64,000 nucleotides of DNA from Penicillus capitatus (taxonomy: Eukaryota; Plantae; Chlorophyta): assembly GCA_965649825.1 (NCBI GenBank), contig OZ287706.1:62001-126000 (forward strand), written 5' to 3'. Shown piece by piece: positions 1 to 11,484 of this stretch. The notes under the pieces were generated by a model. It made no database searches. It had not been told where the DNA came from and saw only the letters and a program-made list of their open reading frames with translations. The position numbers and the translations under genes were made by a program. Numbering within the stretch: the stretch's first letter is position 1; every line of letters starts with the position of its first letter.

Positions 1-2173
1 CGTCTTCCGGTATTCGGACGTTGTGTAGCGGAGAGTACGAGTAGATATACTCAAATGCCTCCAGTTCGTCCGGATTTCCGTATTCTGGCACCCAGCCATG
101 GCCAATTGTGAATTTGTGAAAACGTAACATGTCCAGCACACCAACATCACAAACAACAGCTCCGAAAAGATCGGGCCTCTGATTGGCACAGACGGCTACC
201 AACAAACCTCCATTCGAGGCACCCTGAATAGCCAGTCGCGATGGATTGCAGTAGTTATTGTGGATCAGGAACTCTGCACACGCTTGAAAATCATCAAAAG
301 TGTTTTGTTTATTCTCCAGGCTCCCACCCTTTCGCCATTCCAGTCCATATTCATTCCCCCCTCTGAGATTCGGCTGTGCAATGACGCCGCCATAAGCAAC
401 AACAAAAGCAGCGAGAGCGACGGAGAATCGCGGTAGCACGTTGGTGCCAAATCCGCCGTACCCCGTCAACAATGTCGGATTTTCGCTATTTAGCTCCATA
501 TCCTTCTTACGCATCACGAACATTGGGATTTTCACTTTTTTATCATAACTGTCCACGAACACCTGGTCGATCTGGAATTGTTCTGGCAAAAAACCGGGGA
601 TCTTTGTCTGGTTAATGACAGAAAGATTGTTATCCTCAGCTTCGAAGCGATATACAGTCGGCGGTAATGCCATAGATTGATGGGAAAAGAAAACTTCAGA
701 TGATATTCTCTTGCCGGAGAATGATGTGACAGTGCCGAGCTCTGGAATATCGATTTCATGAATCAAGTTCCCTGTCGAAAGTTGCCTCAGCTCCAGCACA
801 TGTGCACAGTTTCGCAAGTAGCAGATGACAATCTTGTCTCCCCGGACGGCGCATGCCCATTCCAGCACATCCTTTTCCTGTTGTGGCACCAGCGTCTTCC
901 ATCTTTTCGGATCCCTAAGATCAACCTGCACCAGCTTTCCCCTCGGGGCATTCTCATTTGTTTTGAAAACAAAATGCGGTCCCTCATTCGTTATGAACTC
1001 GTACGCATGTTCGATCTTTTTGATGAGAGGTGTGATCTTGGATGCGCAACCATCGAAATTCGGTAACCCCAGGTCATTTCGCTCGAGTTTCGTGAGATCG
1101 AGGTAGTGGATTGCATTTCCAGGATGACATCCCTTGTACTCGCCTACGACCAAATACTCCCCATCCTCTGTCACCTCCGATTCAAGAAAGTTCTCTGGCT
1201 TGTCATCCAGTTTCAACACCACGATATCTTCTGACTGCGGCGTCCCGATGACATGATAACAAAGGTGATGGTACCTGCACACTCGCCTTGTACCCAATCA
1301 CCGATCACACGAGGCAGCATACTTGTTAGGATGAGTTTCTCTTCCAAGAGAACCATTCACCACCTCTGGTTCGGGAAAGCGACAATAGAAGAATCCTTTC
1401 TCATCGTGTGTCCACGACACACCGCTCAGCTTGACGAAGTTCACTTCATCTGGTAATGCATCGTAATAGCGCCCATTCACGGGTCTTGGCTTCACAGCCA
1501 CCACTTTGATTTTCATCCAATCGGAGCCTCCACTACTCACTGTGTATGCCATATAGTTGGCATTCTCACTGAAAAAATAGTCAATCAATGCCACAGTCCC
1601 ATCCTCACTCCATTCATTTGGATCCATAAACACCTTCTGATCTTTAAAGTCCCCGTCATCAACACAGATCACACTTTGGTTCTGCAATCCCTTGTTAAAA
1701 CGGTAGTAGTACTGTCCTGCTTCTTCTTGAGGACATCCAAACTTCGGCGTGTTGTACATGGAGGTGAACAGCCGCCTGAAATCTTCTCGAGTGTCACACT
1801 TCTCAAGAACCTGCTCCGAGAAGAAGTTCTGTGATTCAATGAAGGCAGCAGTGCGAGAACTCTCTGAGTCTTCGAGTGAACGATAGGGATCATGTACTTC
1901 CACCCCAAACATGTCTTCTCTCACATCATCACGAGATACCCATGGATATGAACTTGGGTCGACAGACAAACCGCCTCCTGGTGCACCTTGTTTCGGCGGA
2001 GGTTGTGGTTTTATTGCAACGAAGGAGCGTTTCCAAGAGCAACGGACAAAAGGGAATGTCTTTCGAAAACGTAAGCGGCCGGAAGAATAGAGATAGGCAC
2101 CAAGTGAAACAGTGGCCAAGACAGTGGCAGGAAGAGCAAAGGCCAAACGGCGACCAAGATCCGACGACGACAT
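1..2173 (-). CDS. PREP: Prolyl oligopeptidase (S9A), spliced, 3' end runs off the window; N-terminal hydrophobic extension
   Basis: N-terminus YPWVSRDDVREDMFGVEVHDPYRSLED; propeller segments SSGGSDWMKIKV and YHHLCYHVIGTPQSED; catalytic-domain motifs YGGF, NLRGGNEYG, KQNTFDDF, GASNGGLL (nucleophile Ser), DMLRFHKFTIG, EYGNPD, YSPLHNV read across the minus strand of 1-1280. Confidence 0.95.
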
Positions 2174-2241
2174 CTGTTCAATGAGCAGATAATACAGATT
2201 CCGTATATCATCGAGAAACAGTTGCGTCGATAATCATAACG

Positions 2242-3310
2242 ATGATGCGGAGGACAGCCGTTCGCTGCGGGAGACTTCTCGGCGACGTGCTCTTCGAGGT
2301 TGCCGAAAACTCAGGGTGCGTCCTTTCATCGACACAACCTCGAACATCGCCTCTAACCTGTATAAGATGTCGTTGGATGTCGGGGGCCACGTCATCCCCT
2401 CAGTGGGTATTTCTCGGGCCTCCCGGCGTCGGCAAGGGAACCTACTCCAAACGTATCGCTCAACACATCCGAGTCCCACATATATCCACTGGCGACCTTG
2501 TCCGCGAGGAGATCTCTCGACAGACCCCTCAAGGGAACAGGGTAAGAGGCTTTCTTAGGTGATCGGGATCGCCGATGGGGAATCTCTGTCCTGTCAGATG
2601 CAGGAGATGATTTCCGGAGGGCACTTGTTGCCAAACGAAATGATATTGAACGTAAGCCGGCAGTTGCTGTTGGCGGGTCACATCATCACGCGGAGCGTGT
2701 AGTTGTTGAATGCGAGATTGGATAAGGAGAAGAATGGATTTGTCCTTGATGGATTTCCTAGAACGCGGCCGCAGGCAGAGAAGCTTTCCGAGCTCACCGA
2801 CATTCATCTCGTCGTCAATCTAGACCTGAGAGAAGAGGTCCAAAAGCTCTTGACGATGCAGAAGTGAGATAGCTCGTGTGTGCTCCAGGTCTTGGTTGAG
2901 AAGTGTGTTGGACGTCGTGTCTGTGAAAAGTGTGGTGGAAATTACAATCTGGCAAACATCTATCTGAAGGGTGAAGAAGGAAAGAGCGAGATTGTCATGC
3001 CACCTTTACCGCCGCCGCCTCAATGTCTCAAATATATGAGGATGCGTGACGATGATAAAGAAGACGTCATCCGCAAAAGACTTCAAGCAAGTGACGTGTG
3101 TGCAAAAGAAAGACAACGAGTATGTGTTTCGCAAAACAGGTTTACAGAGCCGAAGCAAAGTTGGTGGAGGATTTTTATAGAGATCTTGGTGTACTGCTCG
3201 ATTTCGAAATAACGAGCGGTATTCCAGAAACCATGCCAGTGCTCCTTCAAGCCCTCGATAAGTATCTCCCTTCCGATAGTTCAGAAGAAGGAAAGAAGAT
3301 GGCAGCCTAG
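2242..3310 (+). CDS. ADK: Adenylate kinase, probably organellar (transit-peptide-like N-terminus), several short introns
   Basis: WVFLGPPGVGKGTY P-loop, HISTGDLVREEI, GFVLDGFPR, GRRVCEKCGGNYN lid, RDDDKEDVIRKRLQ/VYRAEAKLVEDFY. Confidence 0.95.
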
Positions 3311-3516
3311 CTAAGAAATGATTCAGAGATGCACCAACCACCCTACAGTTTTTTCAGCCGTTGGTGTCATGACGCTTTGTCTGCGAGTTCCTCATACATT
3401 CTCATGTGCTTGACGCTCTGCTTAGCGAAATTCGGCGACGAAGATCATCTCGTCCATAACGTTCAGGCGACATACGATTCTGAAAAGATAACAGAGGCGA
3501 AGCTTGATGGAGATCG

Positions 3517-5351
3517 TCAGTCGCTGTGTTCTGTCGATCCTTTCATCATGGAGAGGACCATTGCACATTGTTTGGCTTGCCAAGTGTTGTCGAATGCACT
3601 CATGACAAACTGATCTTCAAATCCCTTTAGTTTCTCCTTGGCCAGTGTCTTTCCTTGCTGCAGCGCATCCATGATCATTCTGCATGACTGCAGTTCGCTG
3701 GAACGAATCTGACGTCTCATTGCGATGACCACCTCATGCTTGGATTCGAGAAATCTTCTAGACCACACAAGAATTCTTTTGAGTGGCAATCGATTGAGAA
3801 CACACTTGTCCCCATGCATGAGATCTACAAGTTTCTTTCCTGTGGTCAGATCCACAAGGACTTGAAGAATGCATTCATCAGATGCGAAAAGTTCGATGGC
3901 ATTCGATGAAGCGAGAGCCGCCAAGAACTGCACAGTCAGATACAGATGGTTAGGCTTCTTGGCACGAGACGACATACCATTATCGTGGAAAGCAACACCT
4001 CTGATTGTAATCTCCACGCCCAGAGCTTCAATCCTTCGCTCCACGATGCTTCTGATTCTTCAGCAAGAATGGCGATCTCCTCATAGTCGAGACCGCCTTT
4101 AAACTCGAATTCTGCCTCTTCTCGTGCGCTCTCAAATGGCAGCATCATCATCAACTTCAGATGCATCATGAGTTCAAGATTTCCAGTCTTCAGCAATGCA
4201 AGTAATGCATCTTTGATGCTGGACTGATACAGAAAGATAGACAAAACATCTAGAGAGAGATCCATGAGGACATTTGCCTGGGGAAGAGGGAGTTAGAATG
4301 GTACCTAGAGCGGCCGTTCTTAGTCTGATTGGAAAACTTCGATTGTAGACTGTCCGTAACAATGCAGGCAAGATTTCTTGATCGCAGTCATCGAGAGAAG
4401 ACACCATCTTCAACACATGCAACGCATCTCGCATGAGTGAGTAGGGTATGTCCTCTGTCCAGGTAGATTCTTGTGACGATTGGTCTGTGGGGCAACACAC
4501 CTATCCATTTATCCGTGTCGGAATGGAGGACTGTTGACAGAACGGCGATGACGTGACATACCTTGTTCGATAAGAGGCTCAGCACCACCTGCACAATTCT
4601 TGCATGAATGGACACGAGCGTTGCCGGTTTGGATGAGAACGATGAGATGTTTTTGAGGATCAGTCCAGCAGCCATGCACTGTTTCATGCCATCCGAAACC
4701 AAAAGACTGAACTTGGACGCCTCTACAGATCACACTGTTCACAATCGTGTGACCATCTGCAGCAAACGACAGACCAAAGAGATCTGAAGCCGTCTTTGGC
4801 TCGATCGCAATGGTATCCAGAATGAAATCCAAAAGCGTGGACATGATATCGACGACATCATCAGGAGGTGTTTCGCCCTTGTTTCCCAGACTCCATCCCA
4901 TTAAGAAGTTCAGTCCCAGCTCCACACTCTGTCTGTTGCCGGACTGGATGTCCTCAATCGCTTTCTTCAGTTGATCTCCGTCTTGAGATCGAAATCGCAG
5001 CGTAGGGCCGAGTTTCGGAACAATGGACTGGAGCAGAGCAGCGGAACGCGTGTCAGACAACGAGACCTGTGCCGTTCGTTTCTTCTTGAGACGACTGTGT
5101 GCCAAAACGTCCGTCGATGTTCTCTTCGGGTTGCCGACGGCATCCGACAATTCTAAGCCACTGGATATGAGAGAACGCGAGATGCCTTCGTCGGTGCGCG
5201 TTGGAGAAGTGAAGATACTCGGGTCATATTCTGCCGTTGTCAATCTGGGGCCAAGACTGCTACCCACGGCGCCGTCAGAGGACATCACTTTGTGTGACAT
5301 GCCACTGGTTAAGACGGGCTGTAATTCAGCCGCGTCCCGTGAAGGGTCCAT
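3517..5351 (-). CDS. ARM-repeat protein resembling plant LFR / ARID1 C-terminal (BAF250_C) SWI/SNF subunit; 3' end uncertain
   Basis: Exon ORFs 4509-5351, 4388-4702, 4174-4500, 3936-4265, 3517-4044. IEDIQSGNRQSVELGLNFLMGWS...IMSTLLDFIL and QCMAAGLILKNISSF resemble, from memory, the LFR segments LQSG..EVTWALNTLTLLS..LLDALL and QCA.GASNILRNFSF. Confidence 0.5.
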
Positions 5352-6948
5352 CGCGAAATGCGTTCTATACGGAAAAGACGTTACACCAAAGCGGCCTCAT
5401 TTGCGCCGGGCTTCGCGACGATGACAACGTGAAGTGAAGTGACGTGCGTGATTATAACCCATCTATCGATCCGCTCGCACAGATGTGTCCATCAGCAAAT
5501 CTCGTGTCTTCCGAGAGGGGGACAGGAAATGAACAAGAGCTCAATATGATCGTCATGAATTTTTGGCTGAGTTGATGGCTTTGGAAACAGAGATCGCTTC
5601 GATTTCTCCACTTTGACACATCGACTCTGTTCTTTATTCGAGCAACAGTTTGAAATTGTAAAAAAGAGACGCGTTCGGCCCAGATCATCCCTCGGCCTTG
5701 GAAGAAGCTTCCTCTGGCTCCCTGGCTAATTACATGCACATAGCATGAAATAAAATTCTAGTCAGATAACAGCATCTGCCAGAAACTTGTGTCTAATCTG
5801 GATTCAATCACTGGCACAGCAGTACGCCTCTTGCTGTCCAAACATCAAAGAGACATCCACCACATAGATCATCATCCACCGCGTTCTCTCAATTCTCTGG
5901 ATCTCATGCCCACATGTACAATGGTAAAATTGTTGCCCTTCGCATACTGCCATTCAGACAGCCATCCCAAGAGATGTCTGTCATTGATGAACAGAATCGA
6001 TATCGAGGGACACAGCAAAGCGCATGAAGGCAGCCACGGTGATGAGATGGGTGACCAAAAAGCAATCAATATGGCATGTATACATGCAGGTCGTTCACAG
6101 CATGCTTCTTTTTTTTAAGTTTAGCCGATTGGTCCCTTATATAGCTTCGGCTTGTGAAGTGGTGGAAACAGCCTTCAGATGACGGATGGATCTGATCAAG
6201 AGTGTGCAAGTGATGTTTGACACTCATAGCCTCACAGACACGATAAATGCCAGCCAATAATGCACTATAAATCCCCAGAATGCGCGGAGAGATCACATAT
6301 CTTCCCATAAAGTACGTGTACAGGGGAGATTTGAGAGTAAGCACACATACAGCATGCAAGCACAAAGTGCATGGAGGTCACTTGTGCAAACCCTTTGTCG
6401 ATTTATCACACGTTTGTCAGAGAACCCCACTCACAGTCATGGATGCCTTGAGGCATTACATTACTTTTTAAAGCTGATCGAGAACCGAAACAACTTGATG
6501 ACGACGATGACGATAATGATCTTAAACTGAAAACACTTTTACACTGCCTTGTGGTCTCATTCCTCTGGTTTCGAACAGTTTTGTCGTGCGGTAGGTAGTC
6601 AGTTATGGCTTTACCAAAAGATTGTCAAATAAACTTGTTCTTTGAAAGAACGCTGAAGACAAACTTCTCATTACATTTCTGCTTGTTGTACGAATGCATG
6701 ATCTGGTAAATCACTGGTGAACAATGGGCAAGTATCCCAGGGAAGGTTTGGGAACTTGGTTATTGCCGCGAAAACCCACAACAAAAGGAAACAAACGAAT
6801 ACCTCACTCGCTAAAGGATGATAAAACGGATCGATCTGTGTTTCTTTCATACATACGCCTGTCCTGCAGACTTGACAATCAAATTTATTGGCGGCAGAGG
6901 CGGTGGCTGAATCGATGATTGGATGGCTGGATGGATGGATAGCCGAAG

Positions 6949-8631
6949 TCATGGCTTATTAAACATGTTGAGTTCGGGGCTGTTCAATGGATCTAGATCA
7001 CCGAACGGATTAAGATTGGCTGAGTATGTTTGAGAGGAGAGCGACGGCAGTGGCAAAGGCGCAGGTGCTGCAGTGCCGTCTCGGTGCATGCAGGGTGCTA
7101 CAGATGCTGTAGCGAAACAAAAGGTACTGTGTGTCTGATGACAGCTAGGCGTCTTCATTAGTTTCTGCACACTTGCCGAGTGAACGATTCTAGCTGTCTT
7201 CGCGCTCGAACAATGCGTGATTGGTGGTTTCTGAACAGGATGCTCTTCAATATCGTGATTTGGAGATCCATCATGCCTCTCCCTCTCTCCCTCTCCCAAT
7301 TCATCCGTTAGCCGCATGTCGGACAAGTGATCATTGACTTCGCTGACCTGCCACGGGGGCGGTGCTTCGTCCAAGAACGGAATCAGCGAAGGCTGACAAC
7401 CGCTATCATTCACATGCAGCTCTCTGCTTCCAATATCATCACTTCTCGAAGTCGTCGAGTCATCTTCTGTGTGTCGACTGCTGCCGTGGTGCTGAAGGCC
7501 AACACCAACACCACTGCCACTGCCACCATCTTGCGATTCGTCATGCGTTCTTGTCGTTATATGTGCAAGGCCTCTTTGCCTGAACAGTTGGATCTTTGCG
7601 TTGAGATCGCTGTTCAAGTTCTTGAAATAATGAGTGCCTTCTTCATCTGTGGCGGGGGTTGCTACATCAGCATCAGAGCTGGGCAACCGGACTGAACTAC
7701 TGCTGACTGAACTACCAGACTTAACAGACATCATTGACCCTCGCTGACTTCCAGTGTCTGTACTTCTTGGATGGGCAATGGACAGTAACCGATCTTCCAT
7801 TGCCTGATTCTCATCCAAGATGGCAAACAAAAGTGGCGCCAGTCGAGAACCGGAGGACAAGAGCAGATCATTGAAGACTGCCGTCCATGATGTCTTCGCT
7901 GGTCCCACGACAGATCTCTTTAGCTTTTTCACTGTTAAATTACGAGCACGGTGTTTCAGAGTATTCTTTCTGGACTCTTGGGTGTAGTAGCCATCGAGTT
8001 CGCGATTCCTAAACACCATTTGACTTTTAGCTAAAGCAAGGAACGACGGAGTCCATGCAGTGCTGACCTGTACTTGTGCATGTGCTTCAGTGCTTCAATT
8101 CTCAGAGGCAGTGCCTCTTTCCATGTGTCACCCACGACCATCTTCATGAGCCTCAACCGAAACTCTTCGAGAATCGTGCTGGACACATCCGTGCCTGATA
8201 AACATGACCCATGGGGCGTATGCGCATAGCTACGCCTTAACAAAGCAGTATGTTGCCTCACCATTCATGCAATTCTGGACACTGGTCTGGCATTCTTCGT
8301 GAACAATGTCCAGGACACCGAACAGCCGCCGATTCAACTCGTCCTTGGTATCCCTCGAAGACGCCATCCATTCATTCATGAATTCATCTTTCATGATCTT
8401 GAATGGAGTTCTCACATCCTCCCTGCAGCACCAAAACGTCTTCCCTCATACGACGAGGAGACATGAGTGGTACCTGTCTCCTTCTCTTGCAAAACGCTGA
8501 AGCAGCGAGTAGAATGTTATTCCTGCACTGTAGAGTTCGCCGGACTCGCGGTATTTCTCGTCTTTGACGATCTTCTTGACAAAGTGCCGCGTATACTCTT
8601 CAACCGAGAGTGTTTGTGGAAAGCCTTGCAT
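6949..8631 (-). CDS. Hypothetical protein: helical N-terminal part, Ser/Asp-rich disordered C-terminus
   Basis: 356-codon terminal ORF 6949-8019 plus upstream exon ORFs (8031-8264, 8230-8415, 8446-8670) joinable by short GT-AG introns; no family recognised; ATG at 8631 is a best guess. Confidence 0.6.
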
Positions 8632-8941
8632 TTTTGCCGAATGACGTCTTGTCGCCAACGGATTCAACAAGACGCCTCGGTCACGGCTACCGCTAAACAG
8701 AGAGAGCGTGTACGGCGGTCAAGGCGAAATCAAAACGATGGCTACCGATATATCTCAACGTCATTTCAACGACAACGATGCTGCTCAACGTACATCGAAT
8801 GCATTTCGACGATGGTGTGTGTGGCTCGATGCATTATTCCCTATCTGATAAGCACGGACAGACACTTCGAAATCCTCTCTTCATTACAACATTAGAGTCG
8901 CCAAAACACATTTCATCAAAACAATAGCACGTCTCTTCGCT

Positions 8942-9385
8942 TTAACCGAGGCTGAGCGAACTGTTTGTTGCCAGAATAATGAATCCGAGAATGTGGCCAA
9001 TGGATCCCCAGGCAAGGACATCGATAAGGTTGAATCCTACTGGATCGTTTGTGGCTGTCAAGAAGGACACCTCTTCTGCTCGAGTGTCGCCAGCTTCAAA
9101 ATGCGTCTGTCCATTCTGAACAGGTAGGCCCGCTTTCTCGACAGACCTTCGCTGATAAGACAGGAATCCCCAACGACCGAGTGCCAAGCATGTGAAGTTG
9201 GCGGTAGACATGATAATTTGCGTCTCGAACGCAGCACGTGTCACCTGAGTCCACCACGTGGCAGGGGTCGACGGCAGGAAGGTAGAAGGTACCTGTCGCG
9301 ATGCGCGTTGTGTACCCGTAGGCAAGGCGCAGTGCGAATGCACTTTGGAGATGAACGGGGATCTCGTGCTCTTCATGACGCGCAT
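8942..9385 (-). CDS. PSAG: Photosystem I subunit G (PsaG) with chloroplast transit peptide; likely 48-nt in-frame intron 9245-9292
   Basis: LALGRWGFLSYQRRSVEKAGLPVQNGQTHFEAGDTRAEEVSFLTATNDPVGFNLIDVLAWGSIGHILGFIILAT matches the PsaG signature. Confidence 0.95.
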   Translation of the reverse strand: MRVMKSTRSPFISKVHSHCALPTGTQRASRQVPSTFLPSTPATWWTQVTRAAFETQIIMSTANFTCLALGRWGFLSYQRRSVEKAGLPVQNGQTHFEAGDTRAEEVSFLTATNDPVGFNLIDVLAWGSIGHILGFIILATNSSLSLG

Positions 9386-9551
9386 CTTCGCTTTGGTAAA
9401 GGCGTCTGCCGCCGAGGCTCGCTGGCTAGAAAATCGAATGAATGCAGATCTGAGAATGGGCCGAGATCACAATGTACTTGATTCAAAGATCGTTATGATC
9501 TTACAAGGCGCAGGATGACAGATATCCATGCCCGTGCAATCTGGAAGCAAG

Positions 9552-11451
9552 TCAAGACGATTTTGCCTTGTCTTTTTTCTTCTTTTTCTTTACAGGTTCT
9601 TCGCTCTCTTGCTCTTCGGACTTCCTCTTCTTTTTCTTCTTCTTGACAGCGGTTGTCTCAGATGCGTCATCTTCGACGTGCTTCATTTTTTTCTTTTTCT
9701 TTTTGGGTGTCTTCTTTTCGGCTGGGGCATTCTTTTCAGGTTCCTCCTCCATCTCGACGTCTTCCTCTGCAAAGGGCGATGCGTTATGTACGGTTCAAGG
9801 ATGGGTGAATGGGTGGACCTGTTTTCGCCGTTGTGCTGACGATCTTGAGACCTTCGGACATGACATCTGCGTTCTTGGACTGTTTGCATCCGCCCTCGTA
9901 AAATTTCAACCTAGATGCATTCCATGGGCATCACGGCAGGAGTATCGCTACGTAGAGGTACCGATCTTCACACTGTTGCTTCAGTAGCTTGCCGAAGACA
10001 TCTGTGCGAATATCCATGAAGGCATCGATCCGACTGCAGACCGAGGACTTGGAGGCCACATATCGTGAGATCCTGCCTTTGTTCTTTTTCTGAGCACGAC
10101 CTGCCCACGACCAGACTGTCCAGTCAAGAGCAAATAAATATAAATAAGAAAGAACCGATGTAAGAGCAGTTGTAGATGATGCCGTATTTAGGCGTATTCG
10201 ATCTCTCCTTCATGGCTCGAAACAAAGCCTTCTCTGCTCCCAGAATCTGAACCGTCGATGATGGGTACTTTGCCAGATTTGTCAAGGACCCAGCCTGAGA
10301 TATCAATCGAGCACCAATCACTAAAGCCGAGCATCCCGAACAGGATTTCCATCCACATTCAAAAACAAGAGATTACCTTCTCCGATTAACGCAGAGAGAT
10401 TCGGGGCAACGATGTGCATCTTGTCAACGAGATAGTTCATCAGTTGCTGTCGGTAGTCTGCCAATCGAATGACTCTCCCTGCAAAGTGCTCGATGTTGAT
10501 CAGATCGATCGGAGAGATGTCTTGGCCCATCGACATCGCAGCGGCCGTCACCACTTCATCTGCCTTTTCCTCGGAGCCTGCATGACAACATCGACGAGGG
10601 CGAAGCTTTGCCATGTCATACCAACGATATCCGCTATGGGTTGCAGATGCGTATCCTTGTCGATCTGTGATTTGTCTTTGATGGTCATGACGGTCTGAAC
10701 ATACTGATAGCTATCGGTGACCATCTTTGCCAATTCAGGAAAGTGCCACGAATACCACTCCCGGATTCTCATGGTGAAAGTATTGATATCTCTGTCAAGG
10801 GTGTCCAGCAGAGAGATTGCTTGGATGATCATATTATCTGCTCGATTCACATTGAACTTGACCTTCGCTCTCGAATAGCTGTGGCCTAATCCCAACTGAG
10901 CTCTACAGAAGCACATGCCAGACAGATCGATCCAAACATCTCATGTACGCAGAGACCTGGTCAGGTCTGAATCGTTGAGCTGTTTCAGGAGTTTTGTGAA
11001 GTGAACGCGAATGCCTCTCAACAGTTCCCCTGTCAGATCTCGACAGACGCAAGGAATCCGTGTCTTCTCCAAGATCTCACTGCCGAGCTTCGGATCTCCT
11101 ACTCCCAATTCAAACTTCGCCTTCTTTGTCGCCTTCACCTGCGGCACCCATTGAGGTCCATATCTGAAATCCTGCACCTGTCTGTGTCACCTTTGGAAGA
11201 TTAACCATCAGGAAGGATTTGAGGCCTTCTGTCATCTGACTCTCGGAGATCGCATTCACCTGTTCGAGTGCATCTGCTGCTGACTCGAAAGGCTTGAAGC
11301 CGACGATGCGTGCGAGTTTTGAGAACCGATCGAACTGCGTCACACTTCTGCGCACTTCCGCCGTGGACTGTCCGATTTCGTCGCTCCCCGTTGTTTCAAA
11401 GAGGGCGTAGCCAGACGCACTCTCATAAAGTAGAAACAAAGCGGCCGACAT
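9552..11451 (-). CDS. NOP56: Box C/D snoRNP protein NOP56
   Basis: [99 protein letters not shown], lysine-rich tail. Confidence 0.97.
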
Positions 11452-11484
11452 GTTACAAATTGGAAAATTGCGTTCATCTTAGAG

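Noticed and set aside
3329-3613. 94-aa plus ORF starting 18 nt after the ADK stop
   Set aside because: It overlaps the end of the minus-strand LFR-like gene and has no protein-like features.
5440-6500. Possible small gene(s) between the LFR-like gene and the 6949 gene
   Set aside because: ORFs on both strands are short and mutually inconsistent, with no recognisable motif or coherent splice model.
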